DNA of 39,041 nt from a virus: the IMG/VR virus record IMGVR_UViG_3300024581_002769, positions 1 through 39,041 of that record. The stretch is one strand, 5' to 3'. Both the position numbers and the translations under genes were made by a program. Position 1 is the stretch's first letter, and the number at the start of each line of letters is the position of its first letter. Below the pieces are notes generated by a model. It saw only the letters and a list, made by a program, of their open reading frames with translations. It did not search any database and was not told where the DNA came from. Below are positions 33,256 through 39,041 of this stretch, piece by piece.

Positions 33256-34592
33256 AATAAACTTTCTAAGCCGTTTTCTTTTAAATATCTATTTATATTT
33301 AAGTTAATGCCTTGCGATATTGCCTTCTCGTTTGCATCTAATATGTTTTTAAGTGCATCCGTTTCAAACTTTATACCTTCCTGCCTATCTTTCTCTTTTC
33401 CTTTTATAACTGACGGCAAATGATCAAAACTAGCTATTAATTTAGTGCCTCTAGTTTTGAAATACTCAGGACTTTTTAAAGTCAATGCTAAACATAAATT
33501 GTCTATAATAGGCTGACATATATTAGCTACAAATCTAGCTTCTGCAACACTTTGGTTTTCATAAGTACTACCTTGTGTTTTACCACTTCTAGCATCTAAT
33601 ATATCTGGGGGAATGCCATACGCTGTACGTGTGTTTTGTTTAGCGTTGTTTTGCATTTCTATTAAAGAAGTTATGATCTTTGGCGTATCCGTGTATATAG
33701 ATAAAAACTTTAAATCTTCATTTGTAGTGATTATATGACCTTTGGTCCCTAAGCTTGCTCCGTAATCATCTTTACCGTTGATTTTCTTTTCTTGCATCGC
33801 TTTTTGAACAGCGTCTAATTGTTCTCCTATATTAACTCCAGAAGGATTGTTTTTTGATAAAATCCCACCAACTGGACGTGTTGAAAAGTAAGCTAATGCA
33901 TCCTGTGTACTTTTGATTATTTGAAGATCGTATTTTAAAGCATCTACACGGCTAATTGGAGTTAAAAATGCATCCCTGTTGAAGTATGGGTACATTGTAT
34001 TGTTTTCATGATACAAACCTCTTTTTATAGTATCATACGTTATAATTAAATCTTTATAAGGTATATCTATTGTTTGATTATCTAAATGTAATTTAAATAT
34101 AAGGTTTTTTATACTAAAGTCTGGCTGTGAAAAGAAATTTGAATCAATTTTAGGGTAATAAAGATTGAAGTTATCTAACACGTATAATTCCCTATCTGTT
34201 TTTTTTAGGTTTCCATTTTTAAAGAAATTACCCCAAATTACTGCTGAACCATTTACTAACTCATTTATAGCAAACTCTTTTACAAATCCTTTTTTATCAG
34301 TCCATTTGTTAGGTTTTTCTAATAAATCTACATAATCCGAGTTTTCAATTTCGTTTCCTTCACTGTCTACTTCTTTAAATTCTACAGTAGAAAGCGTATC
34401 TACTATTGTATTTATTACAGATTGAAAAAAAACTATGTCTTGGTAGTATTTTTTATAATTTTTGTATGGCTTGTAATATTCAATTTCTGAGCCATGAAGT
34501 ACATTCATTAAATCAGAGAATGAGCCAGTGTGAAAAGTGTTATAGTGTTGCCCTATTTCATTAATATAATAAGGAACACTATTTTCTTGCAA
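33252..34592 (-). CDS. Portal protein (446 aa from TTG 34592; frame stays open to 34646, possible ATT start at 34640)
   Basis: Size and position before protease-capsid. No in-frame ATG at the 5' end. Upstream in-frame codons read ISFLNKLFGKKETEKH. Confidence 0.7.
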   Translation of the reverse strand: MQENSVPYYINEIGQHYNTFHTGSFSDLMNVLHGSEIEYYKPYKNYKKYYQDIVFFQSVINTIVDTLSTVEFKEVDSEGNEIENSDYVDLLEKPNKWTDKKGFVKEFAINELVNGSAVIWGNFFKNGNLKKTDRELYVLDNFNLYYPKIDSNFFSQPDFSIKNLIFKLHLDNQTIDIPYKDLIITYDTIKRGLYHENNTMYPYFNRDAFLTPISRVDALKYDLQIIKSTQDALAYFSTRPVGGILSKNNPSGVNIGEQLDAVQKAMQEKKINGKDDYGASLGTKGHIITTNEDLKFLSIYTDTPKIITSLIEMQNNAKQNTRTAYGIPPDILDARSGKTQGSTYENQSVAEARFVANICQPIIDNLCLALTLKSPEYFKTRGTKLIASFDHLPSVIKGKEKDRQEGIKFETDALKNILDANEKAISQGINLNINRYLKENGLESLL

Positions 34593-34677
34593 GTGCTTTT
34601 CGGTTTCTTTTTTACCGAATAATTTATTTAAAAAGCTAATCTCTACTCATGCGACCGTATATGTCTTAAGTATTTAT

Positions 34678-34721
34678 TTACAAATATACAAATAATTTTT
34701 GAAATTAAAATAAGTTCATAA
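34678..34721 (-). promoter_or_regulatory. Class-B promoter block B1 (TATATTTG -7 box at 34681-34688)
   Basis: 44-bp block about 90 percent identical to 35161-35204. Upstream of the portal. Confidence 0.55.
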
Positions 34722-34765
34722 AAAAAGAGAAAAGCTTTAAGATTGCCCTCCAAGAAAATCTTAAA
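34720..34765 (-). terminator. Rho-independent terminator
   Basis: 9-bp stem TTTAAGATT/AATCTTAAA with a 12-nt loop, followed by a T-rich run GCTTTTCTCTTTTTTT. Confidence 0.6.
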
Positions 34766-34846
34766 ACTTTATTTATTAATAGAAAACAATTTAAAATATG
34801 GCAAATGAAAGTATTATTTTATCAACCATAGTTTTAATTTCTTCTA

Positions 34847-34854
34847 CAAATATA
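34847..34854 (-). promoter_or_regulatory. TATATTTG -7 box upstream of terminator 34720-34765
   Basis: Exact motif in intergenic DNA. Confidence 0.35.
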
Positions 34855-34885
34855 TAACAAACATTTATACTGTACAAATTTATTT

Positions 34886-35068
34886 TTATCTTTTTTTACT
34901 AAATTTTAAAGCCATAGGAGTAACGCTTTTAAATTCTCCTTCTTTAATAGTGACACACTCTTTACATGATGGGCATTGTGTTTCAATATAGGCATCTTTT
35001 GAAACGTTTGCTATCCATCTACTTTTTTTGTTTGAAAACTCACTACAATTACAATATATTTCTTTCAT
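34886..35068 (-). CDS. Small zinc-ribbon protein (60 aa from ATG 35068)
   Basis: CNC...CPSCKEC cysteine pairs. The track start at 35086 is TTG. Confidence 0.55.
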   Translation of the reverse strand: MKEIYCNCSEFSNKKSRWIANVSKDAYIETQCPSCKECVTIKEGEFKSVTPMALKFSKKR

Positions 35069-35092
35069 ATCATTTCTTTTGAACAAAGGTAT

Positions 35093-35124
35093 AAAAAAAA
35101 GACTATATAAAAATATATATAGCC
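35093..35124 (-). terminator. Rho-independent terminator in the leader of the zinc-ribbon gene
   Basis: Minus strand GGCTATATA-loop-TATATAGTC followed by T8. Confidence 0.55.
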
Positions 35125-35160
35125 TTTTTTAAAAAATAGAATTACTTTTTATCAACTTCA

Positions 35161-35204
35161 TTACAAATATACAAATAATTTTATTAAATAAAATAAGTTT
35201 ATAA
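35161..35204 (-). promoter_or_regulatory. Class-B promoter block B2 (TATATTTG at 35164-35171)
   Basis: 44-bp block about 90 percent identical to 34678-34721. Confidence 0.5.
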
Positions 35205-35213
35205 TTTTATTTT

Positions 35214-35711
35214 TTATAAAATATCTTTAGCTAATATATACTTGCCTTCCTTGCTTAAATATTCTCTGTTATAATGCTTAACGACACCATCAATAATTCT
35301 AACCTCTTGTTTAACATCATATCTTTTTATGTCTTCTTTGTTTTTAAGTGAATTACTCATGTTATCTATTAACTTTTCACTTTCAACAAGTTGTTTTTCT
35401 GTTAATTGTAACTTTTCTCTTAGAAACTCGTTTTCAAGTTCTAATTTTTCTTTAATTGTTAATTTGTGCTGTACCTTAAAAAGTTTTTTAGTTTTCTTTT
35501 TACCGAATCTTTCGGAGTATATTTTTTTGGCTGATGAAAAATCTCTATTTTCTATACTAGACCAAAAATAATGCCCCTCTTCTGTGGATGACCAAGTGAA
35601 ACACTCCTGTATTGATTTATTTTTTATATTTTCTTCAGAAACATATTCTCGTGATCTTTTCAAAGCTAATTTATATAGCTTAGGCATATCTCTTAAATCT
35701 TCTATTTTCAT
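35214..35711 (-). CDS. Hypothetical protein with C-terminal coiled coil, 165 aa
   Basis: ORF with ATG start. Confidence 0.55.
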   Translation of the reverse strand: MKIEDLRDMPKLYKLALKRSREYVSEENIKNKSIQECFTWSSTEEGHYFWSSIENRDFSSAKKIYSERFGKKKTKKLFKVQHKLTIKEKLELENEFLREKLQLTEKQLVESEKLIDNMSNSLKNKEDIKRYDVKQEVRIIDGVVKHYNREYLSKEGKYILAKDIL

Positions 35712-35716
35712 TTATA

Positions 35717-36091
35717 TTATTTTAAAAGTTCTTTATTCTCGTGTATGTTGCCTATTATTTCAAACTCAAAAATCTTAAGTTCTTTATATAAGCTATCTGA
35801 CAATGATTTATCTTGATCGAAAGAGTAATCCAAAGCCCAAAATCCTTTTTTATTATTCCAAAAAACTTGTCTTTTTGATTTTTCAATCAATCCATCTACT
35901 TCTACTTCATCACTTAATATATCCCCTTCAAATATCTTCTTTCCGTTCTTATCTTTTAAGCCTGTGTATTGCATGACTTCAACATGATTTAACGTTAATA
36001 ATTTATTTAGATTTCTAACCCTCTTTATAAAATCCCAATTCGTCATTTTATCAATTGCTTTATTATAAGCTCTAAATTCTATTTCTCTCAT
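35717..36091 (-). CDS. YopX-family protein
   Basis: MREIEFRAY..., MQYTGLKDKNGKKIFEGDIL, EIIGNIHENKELLK match the YopX consensus. Confidence 0.85.
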   Translation of the reverse strand: MREIEFRAYNKAIDKMTNWDFIKRVRNLNKLLTLNHVEVMQYTGLKDKNGKKIFEGDILSDEVEVDGLIEKSKRQVFWNNKKGFWALDYSFDQDKSLSDSLYKELKIFEFEIIGNIHENKELLK

Positions 36092-36112
36092 AACGTGTTT
36101 TTATCTATTTTT

Positions 36113-36289
36113 TTATTCAATATCAATATCAAATAAATGATCTTCAATATCATTAAGTAAACAAGAACCATCGCATAACGTTCCGTCATAATATATCTCT
36201 TCACTTAAAATTCCTATTTCATCTTTATCTTTTAATTTATTTAAGTATTTTAAACTAGCTTTTAATAATTCTATTGATCTCTCATTCAT
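36113..36289 (-). CDS. Small acidic protein (58 aa), below the ORF-track threshold
   Basis: Hand translation MNERSIELLKASLKYLNKLKDKDEIGILSEEIYYDGTLCDGSCLLNDIEDHLFDIDIE*. Downstream of cassette A6. Confidence 0.5.
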   Translation of the reverse strand: MNERSIELLKASLKYLNKLKDKDEIGILSEEIYYDGTLCDGSCLLNDIEDHLFDIDIE

Positions 36290-36322
36290 TTTTAATTATT
36301 TTTTTTGTTATTAATTACATTA

Positions 36323-36373
36323 CAAATATATAGATTAAATACATGTAATAAATAATTTTAACATACTTTAACA
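36323..36373 (-). promoter_or_regulatory. Class-A promoter cassette A6
   Basis: TATATTTG at 36323-36330, TGTTAAA repeats at 36357-36363 and 36367-36373. Exact spacing. Immediately after the terL stop. Confidence 0.6.
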
Positions 36374-36379
36374 TTTTAA

Positions 36380-37903
36380 CTATCTTATATTGCCTAAATC
36401 GATATGCTTCATTAGTCCTTGCTCGTACATGTGCCATGCTCCATAACCCACTGCATCAAGACTATGCTCGGGACATGATGGATCGGGTTCTATGATTGTT
36501 TTACCTCTTGTTATTCGCTCTTGCAATGAATAAACCTCCAGTTCTTTATTCATATTACCTTCTTTATTGTCTACGTAAAAAACCTCTATTTCTTGAACTA
36601 ATTTGATACGCTCCATTATGTTCGGTTTATTTACTTTTACAGCGTTAATTCCTGCTTTAATTAACTGTATAACCTTGCCATCACTAGAGTTTTTATCATA
36701 GTCTTGACTTTCACATATAAGTTGCGTGTGAGTTCCTTGTTTTAAAGTTGAATTATTTAAAAAGTAAGTTGATAAAGGTATTTTAACGCCGTTATTATCT
36801 AACATTTCCGATTCAGGCTTATAAACGTGTAATTTAACGTATAATTTGCCATCATAATATTTTAGGCTAACTAATGTACAAGGGTCATACATACCGAAAT
36901 CAGTAGCGTATAATTCTAAATAAGGTAATGAATTGTAATAATCGTCATAAATGGGTTTCCAATTAGTGAATATTCTATTCGGTGATTCTGCTGATTTACC
37001 AAGTCCGTATACTTCCCAATGCCATGGCCTGGCTGTTTTTTGAATTTCATTACTCCATGTTCTTAAAACGTGTGATTTTTGATAATCTGTTAATTCTAAC
37101 TTATCAATAAATAATTCTGCACTTTCTCGATCTTTTATTTGTTTTAACCGATTGAATTGTTCGTTAAATTCAATATCTAAATGGTTTTCTATTTTGTATT
37201 TTTCATAAAATGATTTATTGTCTTTTGGAATGAATTTAGCTATTAATGGCTGATATGCTAGTATTTCATTCCTTACATTTGTGGAAAGGAAGTTGTTTTT
37301 TAAAAAGGTTGAATGTAAAGATATTGTGTCATTCCTATCTTTTAATTCCTCCAACCATTGAAGTTTTTGTTTTGGGTTTAAGTCGATTATTATAACACCT
37401 CTTGTACGTTGCTTTAATTGGTTAAATACTTCGGGATCGAATTTATAAGGCTCGTTAATCCATATAACGTCGTTACCCATACCAATAATATCCTCTACAC
37501 TATCAGCACCATCAAAAAGCAAAACAGAGCCTTTTGGCTCGTATGTGAATGTATGATTAGATTTATTATGTTTAAGTAATTTATAAACTCCTTCTTTCCT
37601 AAGATATTCATTGTATTGTTCTATTGATATAGTGCCTTCCTCAAATTCTTTCCTCCTACCCATAGGGTCTTTAAGAAATTCAATAAATTCTTTTTCTACA
37701 ATTTTACGGCAAGAAGTTTTTGTATCACGCATAACTGTTTGCGTATGACTTGGTTTCTCAAGTAAATTAAGAAATGCCATTTGCATCAAAGAATGCGTCT
37801 TACTAGATCGAGAAGCCCCCTCGTTAATAATTATTCTATAACCATCTTTTATGGCTTTCTCAATATCTGAATAAACATTTGTAAACGCTATGTTAATGTT
37901 CAT
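36380..37903 (-). CDS. terL: Terminase large subunit
   Basis: N-terminal ATPase with Walker A-like EGASRSSKTHS and Walker B-like DVIWINEP. C-terminal nuclease-like region. Size 507 aa. Confidence 0.85.
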   Translation of the reverse strand: MNINIAFTNVYSDIEKAIKDGYRIIINEGASRSSKTHSLMQMAFLNLLEKPSHTQTVMRDTKTSCRKIVEKEFIEFLKDPMGRRKEFEEGTISIEQYNEYLRKEGVYKLLKHNKSNHTFTYEPKGSVLLFDGADSVEDIIGMGNDVIWINEPYKFDPEVFNQLKQRTRGVIIIDLNPKQKLQWLEELKDRNDTISLHSTFLKNNFLSTNVRNEILAYQPLIAKFIPKDNKSFYEKYKIENHLDIEFNEQFNRLKQIKDRESAELFIDKLELTDYQKSHVLRTWSNEIQKTARPWHWEVYGLGKSAESPNRIFTNWKPIYDDYYNSLPYLELYATDFGMYDPCTLVSLKYYDGKLYVKLHVYKPESEMLDNNGVKIPLSTYFLNNSTLKQGTHTQLICESQDYDKNSSDGKVIQLIKAGINAVKVNKPNIMERIKLVQEIEVFYVDNKEGNMNKELEVYSLQERITRGKTIIEPDPSCPEHSLDAVGYGAWHMYEQGLMKHIDLGNIR

Positions 37904-38339
37904 TATTATCTCTAGAGTAGAATTTGTTTATAATTATGTTTTGATCATTGTTTTCTTTCTCTTTTCCTTTGGTTGCTTCGTAGTCAATAATAGTTTTATT
38001 TAAAGCCTTTTCTTTTCTCTCTAACTGCCAAGCGTAACGTTGCCAGCTATCTTCCTCTCTTAGTTTTTTAAGCAGAGTTTTCTTTTGAATAATGAAAGCT
38101 TTTTTGTAAACGGCCAAAAAGTCGGTTATATCTATGTTCTTACCTTTACCTATTTTATAGTTTTTAAAGGTGCTATAACATATTTTATCTTCGTCATTTA
38201 GCTTTTCATTTGTAAGTAAAACAAGTTCCTCCTCCGTCAAGTCTAGAGTGTTAAGGTCCTCGTTTACAACTTCTCTAAATGCATTTGTGAAAGCTTGTAT
38301 TTTATTTGGTCTACCAAAATCACTATTTTGTTCACTCAT
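37893..38339 (-). CDS. Terminase small subunit candidate
   Basis: 148-aa ORF overlapping the terL start by 11 nt. Position only. Confidence 0.5.
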   Translation of the reverse strand: MSEQNSDFGRPNKIQAFTNAFREVVNEDLNTLDLTEEELVLLTNEKLNDEDKICYSTFKNYKIGKGKNIDITDFLAVYKKAFIIQKKTLLKKLREEDSWQRYAWQLERKEKALNKTIIDYEATKGKEKENNDQNIIINKFYSRDNNEH

Positions 38340-38371
38340 TTCTTTTATTTTGTTTAATATAAGATTTTAAT

Positions 38372-38707
38372 TCATTTGTTTTTGGTTGTGAATATCTTAC
38401 CTACGTGTATTGATTTTATGTTTTCTTTTTTTATAAAACCAAATTCTTTATCTGTCTTTAAATTAATAAAATCACTTTTTTCTAATTGCATACTATTATA
38501 TATGTAATCAGCTGTTTGTTGACTTATTTTTTTTTGGTAAATGGTAGAATCATCAAAATTTATTGTTAATTCATATATTTTTTTATTATAATAATCATTA
38601 TCTTTATCTTCAATGATAATGTAATCACTTTCTTTTTTTAAAGATGGTATATTATTATTTTTATCAATTATATTATCTTTTAAATATTTTATAAATTTAT
38701 TAAACAT
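38372..38707 (-). CDS. Hypothetical protein, 111 aa
   Basis: ORF with ATG start. Confidence 0.55.
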   Translation of the reverse strand: MFNKFIKYLKDNIIDKNNNIPSLKKESDYIIIEDKDNDYYNKKIYELTINFDDSTIYQKKISQQTADYIYNSMQLEKSDFINLKTDKEFGFIKKENIKSIHVGKIFTTKNK

Positions 38708-38730
38708 AATTCATTTCTTTTTTATTCCCT

Positions 38731-38871
38731 TTATAACAGTCTTACTTTTTTCCATTGTTCTAAAACAATTTTAACTGCCTTTACATACAAAGATACAATA
38801 TTTTTATAAACCCTTTCATTTAACTGTAAAATAAGAAGGTGTAGAAATATTATAATAATTAATTCTTTCAT
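38731..38871 (-). CDS. Possible small hydrophobic protein (46 aa)
   Basis: Hand translation MKELIIIIFLHLLILQLNERVYKNIVSLYVKAVKIVLEQWKKVRLL*. Its ATG overlaps the TGA stop of repeat copy E (ATGA). Confidence 0.35.
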   Translation of the reverse strand: MKELIIIIFLHLLILQLNERVYKNIVSLYVKAVKIVLEQWKKVRLL

Positions 38872-39041
38872 AGTAAATTACTGTTAAAAATTAAATGATC
38901 GTATTGTTTGTATATGCAAGGTGCTTGGTTTAATATATAATCTCCAGCACTTACATTTGCGTTGTATATGCATGGTTCGTAGTTACATATATTCCATCCA
39001 GAAGTTACATTTGCGTTGTATATGCATGGTTCGAAGTTAAA
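38868..39041 (-). CDS. 18-residue-repeat protein, copy E, 3' part (stop TGA at 38868-38870)
   Basis: Hand translation ends ...AGDYILNQAPCIYKQYDHLIFNSNLL*, the C-terminus shared by the family. Confidence 0.75.
   Translation of the reverse strand, partial: FNFEPCIYNANVTSGWNICNYEPCIYNANVSAGDYILNQAPCIYKQYDHLIFNSNLL
38948..39041. repeat. Terminal redundancy / circular-closure overlap (identical to 1-94)
   Basis: Direct read, exact 94-nt match to the window start. Confidence 0.95.

Noticed and set aside
6161-35778. Remaining plus-strand track ORFs (6161-6400, 10722-10934, 11130-11324, 11716-11943, 12995-13198, 14504-14716, 15597-15794, 15832-16062, 18718-18903, 19138-19431, 21818-22060, 23731-24162, 24787-25053, 25543-26034, 27791-28144, 28809-29024, 29120-29311, 32235-32474, 35329-35571, 35584-35778).
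   Set aside because: Each lies wholly antisense to a longer, motif-supported minus-strand gene. Compositions are Ser/Leu/Phe-rich, as expected for antisense of Lys/Glu/Asn-rich AT-rich genes. No independent regulatory signals are present.
1-39041. tRNA, rRNA, integrase/att sites, transposase or toxin-antitoxin pairs.
   Set aside because: No cloverleaf-like GC-rich segments occur in the intergenic regions, and no recombinase or transposase motifs appear in any ORF. Nothing can be supported by eye.

Overview
The window is a complete, visibly AT-rich dsDNA tailed-phage genome with siphovirus-like gene order. It is presented antisense to transcription: every credible gene is on the minus strand. 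Bases 1-94 are identical to 38948-39041, so the unique length is 38,947 bp (circular-closure overlap or terminal redundancy), and the junction falls inside a repeat gene.

Modules in transcription order (descending coordinates):
- terS/terL, 38339-36380.
- A 1.8-kb insert of small non-structural genes including YopX, 36289-34886.
- Portal, prohead protease and major capsid, about 34640-30891.
- Connector, tail tube and chaperone-like ORFs plus an 1118-aa tape measure, 30880-23634.
- A small lipoprotein, then a Dit/Tal-like ORF and fibre/baseplate genes, 23603-16806.
- A lysis cluster with two peptidoglycan hydrolases and several membrane proteins, 16798-14437.
- An early/replication region, 14001-314. 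It holds MazG, a secreted protein, a small HTH protein, a replication initiator with internal iterons, a DnaB-like helicase, a Dam-like methyltransferase, a VRR-NUC nuclease, a Rad52-like SSAP, a YqaJ exonuclease and a DUF3127-type SSB.

No integrase, divergent repressor, DNA polymerase, primase or tRNA was recognised. TAnnTTTG -7 boxes and A/T-rich leaders without Shine-Dalgarno motifs suggest a Bacteroidetes (Flavobacteriia-type) host; this is inference.

Most notable observations:
1. Five scattered paralogous genes built from 17-18-residue tandem repeats, plus a separate Cys-ladder octapeptide-repeat gene.
2. A 51-bp promoter cassette with invariant geometry at six loci.
3. Portal and Dit/Tal-like ORFs that lack an ATG start. 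Each is preceded by an ATGAGTA mini-ORF whose stop overlaps an in-frame ATT.
4. Eleven-bp iterons inside the initiator gene.
5. Nine-bp in-frame repeats in the methyltransferase.
6. A small lipoprotein with a dockerin/EF-hand-like loop in the tail module.
7. Promoter-then-terminator units upstream of the portal.
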